This document shows positions 52,134-64,000 of a DNA stretch of 64,000 bases, one piece after another. Position numbers and translations under genes: made by a program. The DNA comes from Balanoglossus misakiensis (Eukaryota > Animalia > Hemichordata): positions 3,891,943 through 3,955,942 of the forward strand of contig CM082595.2 in NCBI GenBank assembly GCA_040954595.2. Reading direction: 5' to 3'. Position 1 is the first letter of the stretch; each line of letters starts with the position of its first letter. Under the pieces are notes generated by a model that was given only the letters and a program-made list of their open reading frames with translations, searched no databases and had not been told where the DNA came from.

Positions 52134-53180
52134 ATGGCATCTAACAGCAGTAATACGTCTGGTTTACTCAACTGCACGGATATTCCACCTACCGAGCAAG
52201 GCGACGACGACAGGCAGTTCATCAAACTAACCGACCACGCTCTCTTCTCTGAACAAGTCAACGTCAAGGTCGCCTACGCCATTCTTGCCGTGTGCGGGGT
52301 CGTCGGAAACTCCTTGGTGATCGCCACAATCCTGCGGAACAGGTTTCTGCAGATCGTCAGCTATTACTTCATCCTGAGCCTGGCCGTGGCTGATATCCTG
52401 GCGTGCATCTCGCTGATTCCCGTCAAAGTCTTTCCAATCGCGCGAGTGCCGCCGGGCATCGGGGGCGAACTCCTATGCCGCTTCGTGATCTCCGAAATCT
52501 TCATGTGGACCAGTGTCTCCGCGTCGGGTTTTCATTTAGCGGCAATAGCCATAGAGAAATACATAGCCATCGTACACCCATTCAAATATTCAAGCGTCAC
52601 AAGAAACAAGATCTTGCTCTCTGTTGTAATGCTATGGGTTGTCGCTATCGCAGCAGAGGTATACCTGGCCTACACATACACTTACAACAGTGGTCAATGT
52701 TCCATTCCCCTGACAAATTTTACAAAAACCTATCTGAAAGCCAATGCAATTGCACTATTTCTCCTGTTTTATCTAGCTCCTATTTTCATAATGTTTTACT
52801 GTTACGCGAAGATATTCCAAGCGTTAAAAATCGAGGGTCTAAACATTCATGCGTCGGCCGGTCCAAACTACGACATGCAGCGGCAGAAATTTCTCGCACG
52901 GAAGAAAGTCATACAGATGCTGGCCGTCGTTTTTGTCACCTTTTTTCTATGTCACTTAGCCAACCAGGTTTTTTGGTTTGGTTACACCCTCGGCTTGCCA
53001 GTTGACCCGATGGGCATGCTGGCTAACATCACTGTAATGTTATCGTTCTCTAATTCTTGTATGAACCCTTTCATCTACGCCATCAAATATCGGAAATTTC
53101 GCAGCGGAATGAAGGCCTTGTTCTGTAACTCTGTCTCCGCTGTCGGAGACTCTGCTATTACAAATATAGAAATGCATTAA
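52134..53180 (+). CDS. Orphan rhodopsin-family (class A) peptide-receptor-like GPCR (galanin/allatostatin-A receptor-like), 348 aa, intronless CDS
   Basis: Seven hydrophobic segments. N-glycosylation sequons at the N-terminus, GNSLV (TM1), LAVAD (TM2), EKY in place of DRY, NPFIY (TM7), helix 8 KFRSG plus Cys. AATAAA at 53574. Confidence 0.9.
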   Translation: MASNSSNTSGLLNCTDIPPTEQGDDDRQFIKLTDHALFSEQVNVKVAYAILAVCGVVGNSLVIATILRNRFLQIVSYYFILSLAVADILACISLIPVKVFPIARVPPGIGGELLCRFVISEIFMWTSVSASGFHLAAIAIEKYIAIVHPFKYSSVTRNKILLSVVMLWVVAIAAEVYLAYTYTYNSGQCSIPLTNFTKTYLKANAIALFLLFYLAPIFIMFYCYAKIFQALKIEGLNIHASAGPNYDMQRQKFLARKKVIQMLAVVFVTFFLCHLANQVFWFGYTLGLPVDPMGMLANITVMLSFSNSCMNPFIYAIKYRKFRSGMKALFCNSVSAVGDSAITNIEMH

Positions 53181-55779
53181 AGCTCCCAACGGCTGCCCCT
53201 TTTTGCATGTGGCTACACGTATGTACCTTCAAATATAAAAGGGTGTCGCACTCGTTTATTCAGCCGTCCATTGCAAGAGTACACAGCTACCGTGGTATGC
53301 GCACATGCGTACTAGAATCTCCATAAATTCAAAATGGCGTCGTCTGTGGATTTAGAATTAGTTGCACGATTGAAAAAAAATTATCGATTAAAATATACAT
53401 GCTAACATACGCCCATGTTGGACCACTTGAATGTTATAAAAATATATACAGTTACTTTCTTAAGAACTCGTCTGCTGTTTTAGTCTGATTCTTCTGTTAT
53501 GATATTAATATTGTAATATTTTGTGAGACATGTTACTGTGAACTGACTATAGGCCTAACCATCATGTATTTGCAATAAAGTCATCGGACACCGAAATATA
53601 TGTACACTACTGTACTTGTCGTCTTCTTCACTCCACGCACCATGAAAATTTTAATGGTATGAGAGTGAGTAGTAACAAATCATAGATGAATAACCACGAC
53701 GTTTCAGAGCAAGATATTGTGACTAAAAATACAAACCGACGGATTTTATTTACAATATTGTGCGTGACTATCGACAGCTTCCACGGGCAAAATAGTCACA
53801 TGTTTTGTTCAGTTAGAATATTAAGCCCCAACTGTCTGTGAATACTTCAGTACAAGCGTTGCGACAGCCACCGGCCAATCAGAGTCGAAAACAGGGTTTG
53901 CTGACAATATGTGTAGAGTCAGCGATTGTTAGGGGAATGGAACGTGACTATAGATGTGAAACAAAATGCCTTCTTAAAACTCTGTACCTATGCATAGATA
54001 CATAGATACATACATACACACATACATACATACACACACATACGTACAATGATCTCAAGACCTCCCAAAAGCTATGCACGTTCGCGAAAAAACACCGTCA
54101 CACTCTAACGCCGAAGAAGAATAGATGTTTTACCCTGTCCCATTTGGGAATTGTTGTTGCTTCCGTCCTATTACGTCACCACGGGAATGTCAGTACCATG
54201 GCAATGGTATTCACCCCTTTCACCCATTTGTACCTCGACAATGCCGTGTCACGGCGCTCCGAGGTTGACAAGGGACCCTGACAGCATGCCCACAAAGATG
54301 CCGGCAGCTAGAGGACATCTCGACACCCTGTCCAAAGAACGGTTAACACGCTCCAAGCGTCATTATCCAAGCCTAATGAGTCGTACATAAGTCAGATGTA
54401 TTGGAGATAGTAGACTCATGGACTATTCACGTTAGAAAAAAACACCCCGTGTACGACAATAACTAACGTAATCACATGCCTTTTAATTTAGGCGTTCGAC
54501 CAAGCAATTCACGTAATTAGACCCTAGTTTTATTATCACACAAAGCTGTCCCGCCCAGCTCTTTAGTTGTTTTAGCACAATGTATAATACAATTAACAGG
54601 CGTTGAAATGAAAAGTAAAGTCATTGAAAAAATGTGGCTCCTGTTCTTCTGGACTTTCAATTGTCCTCTGCTATTTTTACTGATTAACGTGGGTGGCATT
54701 TTAAGATACGTGTACCCTATTGAGAATTCTCTGCACTCTCTCGAAACTGAAAAAGTACGATTGTCAATTTGGATACACACAGTTCACAGGTTTGTTGGTG
54801 ATTCCAATACCACGTGATAGACATAATAATAAACACCGCGATTAACTATGACAGTGTTGGATGGGATCCACCAAGTATTTTATTATGTCGTTTATGACCA
54901 CGGTCTTTAGAATTGAAATAAAACACCCACGATTCCTCGATGTTTCTCTGATAAAGATAGTCAGATTCTGACAGCACAAAAAAAAACAAAGTTTCACATT
55001 TTCAACAACATCGCAGAGATAATTATTTTCATTTACATGTGCAAACATACAAACTTCTTAGGTACACATCAGTATGCCCCTTTGCAATCATGTGATCTAA
55101 GGCATGTATGATGTCTTTCCGTTGCAATGTGTCTATACACTACTACAGACTTGGACCAAAGCTCAAAGCACAATACTTTAACGTATATCTTCGTAAGTGA
55201 ATAATTTAACATCTACACTGATTATAGAATCTTCGAGAAGAAAATATTAACCTGAATCCAAAGCTGTTTCGACAATGACTAAATGTGTACGTACCTTTAG
55301 TTTCAGATATTTTAGTTTATAAATTTATGTACAATATAATTACGAAAAGTATATTAAACTGTTGTTCAAATTAAAACACAAAAAACTTATCCTGAGTTCC
55401 AAATGAATTGTAAACATGCAAATATTTCTCATATAAACAATACAATAAAAGTTTTATCTTGATGAGGTAACTGTAATAACTTTACATAATAAATTTTATT
55501 CTAAACTATAATACAATATGGCGACTGCCGAGATGATATAAATCCATATGCTCAGGTCATCGCGCATGAGCAGAGACTCACTTCCGGCACCTTCACAATT
55601 TCAGTTAAATACAGGTGCCTTATCAGATCACGGGGGCCTTTCGCGTTAGGAACGTTTGGAGAGCTCCTTTCGTAAAATCACGGACTACTTTGCTCCTTGT
55701 CCGATGGAACAAGGCGTTATTCCCATGTGCAGAAACCTGGAAGCACATCTTTGGTTGCGAAACCTGACCAGGCTTCGCC

Positions 55780-57362
55780 TCACACGCCCACCATACTTCC
55801 TGTGAAATCGGACCCGCTTTGTACTGATATGTCTAATTTCGAACTGTTATCAACATAAACTGACGCGTATTGTCCCGACTGCAAACCAAAACAACAGAAA
55901 ATGAAACCAATTAGGCCTATTATAAACTCTATTTCGCACTACGCTGTCCAGGAGAAAAGTACAGATAATAGCTACTCCACAGAGAAGGCTAAAATGGCTA
56001 AAAGGGTCTGGGCAGTAACTTACCTCCAACTGAAGTAGGCCGTTCACATTGACTGTAAAGACTCTGCTGTTACTCTCAAGCCCTGAGATGAATTCCAGTG
56101 ACCTACAAACAGGAAAACAAAGTATAAAACAGTCAAACCCAATCATGCTCAGGTTATGTTTCAGGTAAAGGGGATAGTTGCTGGTCAGACATAAGCGCAG
56201 CTAACACTACAGATTGGAAACATCGTACTATGTACTGGCCATCGATTCTTTCCATCAACGCAGTAAAATAAGAAGCACTTTGTATGATCTTCCCATTCAA
56301 GGCGAAAATGAAAAGCCATCTGGGGTCCAGACCGCAATGAAGGCTTCAGAGATAAACATGTATCATCCTATTAACATAACACAGCCCTATGTCTGTCTGT
56401 GTTAGACTTGCAACAACTGAGAATGACAACAATTTACGTACAGGATGACTTTGTTTCTGATCAACTGAACTGACGAAAAATCAACGGTCAGTACACTCTT
56501 TCTGTGCAGCTCAAACTTTCATCGTAGTTTGCAGAAAACCAAACGGTCTCCACAATCAAGACAACGGAGCTGGTAACACCAAATTTTCACCGAAAATGGC
56601 AACGAATTCCACTTACGTGTGTCTCTGGCAGAGTGAGTTTATGCAAATAAGAACTCTGACATTGTCTCTGCTCCGCAGCTCTCGACCTTCTTTAGTTTTC
56701 TTCGGAAGAGGATGAACCAGATGCAGATTTGCTGAAAACTGGTAAATTGCTGTCCTCGGCGCCAGAAACCTGCCCGACTTCACATCTAACCCTTGACCCC
56801 GTTTGAATGCGCCCCCTGCAAATGGCTGAAATGATGATAAAAAGGTCGGTTGTTGGTATCAATATGGCGCACATCAGACATTTCTGTACTTCAAGTTTCA
56901 AGTCCGGACTGGTATTATTTGGCAACAGTAAGAACTGTCGTTGCATACATAATGCTGTGCTGGAAAGGGACCAAATCTGGAATTTTCTCGTTATTAAGAA
57001 GGAGAAACAGTCTTACCATTTGAAAATTGTTTAGTTCTTTGAGACTTTTTCTGGCTATGTCAATATTGCTGTGGAGTTTACAATGGAAAGCTGCTGGAAT
57101 TCTGGGAATCACTTCGATGTCGTCCCAATCATAGTAGACGCCCTGGGAATCGTTTCTCACACCGATCGGCGTCAAACAACCAGGACACTGAAAGAACAGA
57201 AACACCATTTAGTTAATCGTGTTTGCCAAGGTTGCAGTACCTCAAATATCATACATACACACGGACAGACAGAGAGACATACACATACATACATACATAC
57301 ATACATACATACATACATACATACATACATACATACATACATACATTATAACACATACATAT

Positions 57363-57439
<77 letters not shown>

Positions 57440-59710
57440 AAGCATCTCACCTGTTGGGCTATTATACGCTCTGCTCTTCTCTCCGCTGCCTCTGTTAACA
57501 AAGAGACAAATTTCATATTAACATGCTGTTATGATAAAGTAGGCTACAGTCACCTAGCTGTTATCGTAAAGAACAAGTACCTATCTGACTGCACTGGTTA
57601 CTAGTTTTGGAAACTAACACTAAACCTGTTTGACATTTGACCTCCTGTAAAATCTATGCTCGGACATCGATTCACGATATTCGTTTCTCTTTGTTCTTCT
57701 GTGATACTTCTATAAAACTTTGCTTTTTTATGTGAGTTTGCGACGTGGAAAGCCTACGGGAAAAACCAGTGTGTATGGAACTAACAAGTTATTGATGAAT
57801 CTTGAGTCTGTCTCGTGTTTTTCAAATGTTTCCATGGGGTGCGATATTGTGGTCAACGATCGAACGCAGGGAAACATGTATTTTGAATCTTTCGATGGTG
57901 ATGAATTATTAAGCGGAGTCGTGCAGCTCGACGAAAGTTTCCGTGCAAGAAACAATTAACAGTTGCGAAATATTCAAAAAGAAGTCGTCCGGGGCGATGA
58001 TCGACGACGGAGCATATTAGACACCAGAAGCAAACACGCATGTTTGTTATTCACTCCGTGTGTGGAAGACTTGGGGTGTGAATCGTGTCTTGCACAAAAC
58101 ACTGCCAACCAATTCGTGATTAGCGGAATTAAACGCGAACAAAACGTTAACGGCTGTGCTGCAGTCTCTCGGCAAAATAATGTTTGCGCACAAAACCAAA
58201 AACCATGAAAGATTAATTCAATCTAAGATCGTTCTGACTAAAACTATACGCCATATCTTAACATCGCGTGTTCGAAACAATCAGCATCTCTGAGGCTTAA
58301 GATATATGTCCGTTACACATCATCAATTTAAAATATTCCAGATTTATGCAGAAATGTACGAAATAATTATTGTTAATTTTTGAAATGCTAAATGCCATGA
58401 ACTAATGAATTCGGTATGATGCTCAAACAAGTATATTTTAGAGTCGGAGAATACTCAATAAAGCATGGGCGTTTGATATGATTTTATAGACGGCCTATCA
58501 AAGCATTTTTTTACCTTTAACCATCTTCTTAAACTCAACCATCATTTCCTCTTTCGTTATCTCTGCTCCCGGTGGACCGGGGGGACCTCGCGGCCCCGTG
58601 GGACCAGGGGGACCAGCTGCGCCGTGCTGAAAGAGACGGAGAGAGAGGAGATTAATCTCTTGTGGAAGAGCTCCAATGTCGTGCGTTGCAAATTCACGTG
58701 TGTTCTCCTAACTGTATGTGCACGTGGTGAAGTTAGAGTGAAGTTGATTTGGTTTAGAAGATGGATTGGTAGACTTGAGGAGACAAAGGTGCAATATGTA
58801 ATGAACAAGTGCATATTAGAGGATGGGATGACGTCACCAAGGCGTATGCAAGCAGAGAGGGTGGGGAGATATTTTTGTCTACGCGATATTAAATTCGTGA
58901 ACGGCTGGTCGCCATGTTAACTGGAGATCAATTTTGTTATTGTGCTGCTGAGTGATCGGCTTGTAAGCTGTTGCGTGGATAAGTTCCTCTTGCTCACACT
59001 AAGAGTGTCAGGTAAGGACTCCTCGACCGTGAACATGAAGCAACATGCATTCAGCGCCTCGGTGATTGGTTGGCATGGTGATGCAATGGCTGGTATTTTA
59101 ATGATTTAAACGGGTCGTTTTGGTGATCAAGTGGAACTATTGGTGACAATACATGAACGTGCAGTAGCCTCCCCCCTCCCCAATACATCCACCAATTGCT
59201 CAAAGAAGACCCGGGTGAGTTTTTTTTTTCACCACGAGTATACAACACACTTATAAAATACAGAAGGAAAACTTGGCAGCGTTGAATGGTTCAGTGAAAA
59301 ACGGTTTTTCCCTGAAAGTGTGGTGATGAATATTCGGATTGAATTGTTGTCAGTCATTTACCAGCCTCTCACGCCGTGATCCCCTGTTTTTCCCTTTATT
59401 GTTCTCATTCTTGCTGTCTGTTCTGTCATGGTGTCGAATAAAGTCTAGCCAAGTTCGTCTGGAGTCGATTTGCGACTGCAAATGAAGATAAAAGAAAATT
59501 GGAGAGCGCCCTCACATGGTCACACTTTTTTTGGTCCCCCACCCCTTGCCATGTGAGGTCGCTATCACAACATGGCGAAAGTTCAATTACCAATGTTTTG
59601 CGGCTCCGTCTTCGTTTAGCCGACTTTCTGGGCATTTTCTTGTTGCCATTTTCAAGTAATTGTTGCCAGCTCAGCGCAGGATCTACAAACCTCACATCCA
59701 CGTCAAATGA
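55780..59710 (-). CDS. C1QTNF12: Adipolin/erythroferrone family (FAM132; C1QTNF12/ERFE) collagen-C1q/TNF protein, 5'-partial, 7 exons (276 aa seen)
   Basis: Exons 59710-59591, 58626-58515, 57491-57451, 57187-57017, 56825-56617, 56102-56024, 55878-55780, all in phase. Peptides: VDPALSW...KRRRSRK, a short Gly-X-Y run plus [109 protein letters not shown]...GSDFTG. These are diagnostic for FAM132. Probably co-orthologous to C1QTNF12 and ERFE. Confidence 0.93.
57251..57435 (+). repeat. Compound microsatellite (TACA)n(CAGA)n
   Basis: Seen directly in a FAM132 intron. Confidence 0.95.
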
Positions 59711-62700
59711 CTGAAAGAGATTGACTGAATTAGTTAAATAGAAACCCAAGTGGACATTTGGTGACTCAACACAATTTTTCCACACAAAATTATATATTAA
59801 GGTGTAGGGCTGACTCTGAGAAATTTGTTGAAATCCTCAAATTGACTCGAAGCTTTTAAAAAAATTGCTAAAGAAGTTTGACATCTCCACTGAGTGAAGT
59901 GAACATGGACAATCTTCTGTTGTGACCACCACAAAAAAACCCAACAATATCGCCGAAAATAAATATTTCAGCGTGTCGCCATCTCAAAGCAGGGGTGACA
60001 CAAAACAGGCACGGATACGCGACGCCGAGAAACGAGACGAGAGCAAACTACTGACATTTATGACCTGAATAACCACATGCCAAATTACGACATTCCTCGA
60101 CCTTTTTGTCAGACATTCACTTTTTTGCAGTATTTTGTCGACCAGTTACATTTCCACTGCAAACTCCTGTTTCCAATGACTGTTCAGACATTTTGAAGAC
60201 GAAAACATCATATACAGTAAACGGGAGTTTCTAGGGTCGCCCCAGTCACTTGTCATGTCCAATCAGCGACATTGACGGTGACACAGAACATGTCCCTTCG
60301 CCGATAATAAAACCAAGACCGAAATCGCCCCCGGGGCAGGAAATCGTTAGATGACCTTATCACCTCTTTACGGCATGTGACACACGCCAAACCGGAATTT
60401 TACGGCCAGAAACTGACCGAATTAGAACATCCTCGGCATAACTTGTTACAGCTGATGAAAATGAAGAATTCGGTCCGACATACTTAAAACTTTTTTCCCA
60501 AGAAACTTAAATGCCCCCCCCCCCTCTATTTGGTCTTTTATCACATACGTTTGCGTGTGTGTGTCAACACCGTGTATCACTTAGTCAAAGTCACTACCCT
60601 TTTTATAGTTCGGTTATTTTAATTCTGTGTGGGACGTTGCTGGCTGGGTGGTTCCAAACACTTGCTTAGCACTAATGCACGCCGCCGAGTATTGGCTTCG
60701 GGGTATTAACGTTTTACATGTTGGTATTGCCTAAAAACTCAACTCCATAAGCAAACTCTAATTGTGTCAGGGTGATCATGAGCTTAGGCCCTAGGCTCGG
60801 ACGGTTGAGTTACATTCAGCAAGGGAGGGCCAATCGATCAAAGTGTCCTGCGTTGAGTGAAAAAAATAACGCGTAAATGGGTTGTATCTACACGGCATTC
60901 AATATACACTAGCTGCCATGGGCGGCTGTATGTACTAAGTACACCACGACCGCATACTAGTATACAACTGTCAAATTCACTTTGGTAGTTGGCTGAGGTC
61001 AAAGGTGAACCTCGCACTGTCCCAGAGTCCATTTTGCTCGTTTGCTCTCTAAACACACACACACTCGACGGTGCATTCTTGGATATGCTTCAGAGGTTGG
61101 GAACAAAAGATTGCTCTGTTTAAAAGAGATTACAGATAACTTTTCATTGGGAAAACATTGCTCTGGTCCGGCCTTCTGAAGGTGACAGAAGTTACTAACA
61201 GGTAACCCAAGGCATCTCCGATGAAACGGTGATTTGAATGTGTAAAGTTCAACGTCCTAGTCCGTCGATCATGGATAAGTGGGTAGTTGGCCAACAGGAT
61301 AACCCATGCGCCCTAGTTCTGGTGAAAGGCGAACGAAAATATCACAATTTCTATGTGTTTTCTACTTTGGTCCAATAAACGGATCCAACAAAATGTCGAC
61401 ACTAACTATGACATCATATCAATATATAGTTGTGGTAAAAGTAATTTCAAGTCATTACGATGTATTGGAAAGGAGATTCTTGCAATTGTCAATCACTGGT
61501 ATACGAACTTTTCCCCAGTTTTCGTCAAATTCAAACCAATATTACCGGCAGAGGGCGCAAAGCTCTACTATCTGTACATGTATCAGCCAAAGTGAGGAGA
61601 AGCACAAGAAATTGTAGTGGACTAACAAAGACAAAATACTGAAATACTAGCCCTTTTACTTCCAACTTAAACGAGCACGTTATATTCGAACCAACGCTGC
61701 ATAATTAAATAACAAGGCCAGAAGTGTCAATTCAAACAATCACACAAATCGCCCTAAATAGGCGAAACACTCGGAAAGCTGCCCACAGATAGATCTGCAA
61801 CTATTTACACGCATTCAAAAACCGACCACTTAATTAATAGATGACGGAATTGTGTTTGCAGAGAGAAAATTGCGATTAGCCGAACGTGACTTTCGCGATT
61901 CCCCGGTTAATTAGGCGTCGGTCGAAACACGGAGAGAATTTCGTGGATGGGATTGCGTATTTACACGGTGTGTCCATCTGAACGTGTGAAAACCTTCATG
62001 TTTCCAGGTTTCAGTATTATTGAGCGGATTTGTCACAACGCGCGTGTTTCAATATTTGAGTAGTTTAGAGTAATCGTAGTCTCTTGATGACGTAATCAAA
62101 GATAGATTTTCTCGTGCAGTGGAAACTGAACGCTGCAAACCGAAAATTTGCTTGTTCTCCTAGTCAAGTGGGCACGTAAAACGAAAACCCGTGTTTCCAG
62201 TATACTTTCTGAATTGTCTCTTTAAATATATGCTAAATTGGCACCTATTGCCAAAAGGCTGATAGCAGGTGAGAGAATTTCAGTACCTATATCCACAGTT
62301 GAAATGATAATCATTCGTTTGTTTATTTAAAAACAGTTATGCTATGAATTGCATTGGCTTCCTCTGAGACGAAATTGAGATGTGTAAAGTAGACGCGTGC
62401 GTTGAACTATATTCTACCAGGGGACAGCAGAACTGCGATCTGTGAGTGAAATCGCTCCTAGACATACCGAGGGGTAACCGCTTTGTTACCTTGGAAAGGC
62501 GACGTCCTTGGGGGGAGAGGTGCCCCTACCTTCAATGCATGCGCCCAATTACGGCGACTAAAGAAAAGTGGGCACTAATTTGCGCGGAGGAATACAATAT
62601 ATCCCCAGAGATTCAGTAACTAGGCCAGATATTAATGCAACAAAGGAGGGGACGACAATACGTCGCTCTGGGCCCGCTGCGTTTTGAAGAGAACGGCGCC

Positions 62701-64000
62701 GGGAGTCTTGGTGCTGTTGGCCAACAGATAAGGCCCGAGACATTTCCTAGATTAACGTCACATTACGGGTCTCTTTACTGGCAAATTTTGTTATGCCGTC
62801 GCCTTCAATAAAAACGGCATGTCAGATAAAATGTCATTTGGAAACAGAATGATTGCTTTTTTTCGCAAATTCAACACAATCTGGGTCGCAAGGTGGAGGA
62901 GCGCTACGTCACGAGATCGAACCCTCCATAAACTAAGCTATGTACGATTGGAAAGTTCGTTTTTAAAACAGTGATTTTTGGCCACGCGCTAATGCACAAT
63001 AAAAGAAGATCAATAAAAAGTCAATAGATGAAAGAACATTCACCCGGTAATGTATTTAGCTATCAGAAATGAACATCAATACGGATGTTAGATTCCATTA
63101 GCCTATTTAACTGTTTAATCACGTCTCCAGTGATTTGGACGATATTTTGCATCTGTTCTTTAAAATGTTAGATTTCTCGCAATTTAAAACATTTCATTAC
63201 ATACGCGGCTACACCAATAGGCAATATTCGCAATTGGGGGGGGGGATATTTGTAAACATTTCAGAAGGAAACGGTCCCCCTGAAAAGAGCTAACGATACA
63301 GCGTTTCTGAACGGTAATGTACAATAAGCTCGTTAAGCATGCGTAGAGGGAGCTATATTGAATAACCGGTACATGGTAGGCAAATAAAAGTGAACTCTCT
63401 AGTGGGCACTTAGAAGGGCTCCCCAGGGGTGTGTTTGTTTACATGGATTTTTCCAACGCGATCGGGATTATTTGTATTTCTATATGGCGCCAGCGAACTG
63501 TGCGCTATGGGTTTACATCATGCCAAAATATCCATCCACGGTAACTCATTAAACTCTTCGCGGCCTTGAATCGTGAAGTTTAGGCGGGAAAGTTGTCCAG
63601 CGCAGAGTGCGAGTCAAGCTGCGGGCGAAAAGAGTCGTGTTCAAACAATCTTCGTGGGCAGTACCCCTGGTAAACGTCTCTTGCAAGCTCACGCCAGCGG
63701 CGTTAGTTTTGAGTAGCTGAGAGATCATGACTGCGATAGACGACCTTGTTGAGAACATAATCTATGGCACGCCACATGTATGGCAAACATTTGTATAATT
63801 CGTTCGTGTGACATGTTTTATTTTGGATGTAGATAGCTCAACAATTCGTCGAATTCGACGAATCTTCTGCGAAGTCGTGAGAGCATAGTACGGTGCAGCA
63901 ATACTGCAATTTCACCATACACTTGCAAACGTACGAACATTGAGAGTTCCTGGCGCGAATTCCTGGTACACGACAAGAGAGAACTTTCCTCCAATGCCAA

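Noticed and set aside
52403-53005. 200-aa alternative-frame ORF inside the GPCR
   Set aside because: Non-ATG start, low-complexity and no motifs; a shadow of the real CDS
56692-57016. Apparent 40-nt intron leading into the 84-aa ORF at 56692-56946
   Set aside because: The acceptor at 56826 restores the FAM132 frame (QM|[10 protein letters not shown]); the alternative is out of frame
57720-58208. Two consecutive + strand short ORFs in a FAM132 intron
   Set aside because: Non-ATG starts, no recognisable domain and no splice structure

Overview
This is AT-rich, intron-rich animal genomic DNA, not prokaryotic. Gene content and repeats suggest a marine invertebrate deuterostome such as a hemichordate, echinoderm or amphioxus (inference). 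I reconstructed five protein-coding genes by hand from GT-AG splice sites. ABCF3 (- strand, 19 exons, ~713 aa) lies head-to-head with LZIC (+, 6 coding exons, 188 aa, with one 9.3-kb intron). Calsyntenin follows (+, 15 exons, ~926 aa). Then come an orphan class-A GPCR (+, intronless CDS, 348 aa) and a convergent adipolin/erythroferrone (FAM132/C1QTNF12/ERFE) homologue (-, 7 exons seen, first exon not found). An ~8-kb island between calsyntenin and the GPCR holds a 46-bp minisatellite, a 3.7-kb 87-bp satellite, foldbacks and a chain of intact minus-strand splice-site-bounded exons (candidate lncRNA or pseudogene). Convergent CTCF-like motifs bracket this island. Many small MITEs and microsatellites are present. 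The main leads are: LZIC->calsyntenin microsynteny lacking ICAT/CTNNBIP1, competing RNA structures at the donor of the giant LZIC intron, the invertebrate ERFE/adipolin-like gene, and the satellite-hosting spliced transcript. No CRISPR array, rRNA or tRNA was recognised.
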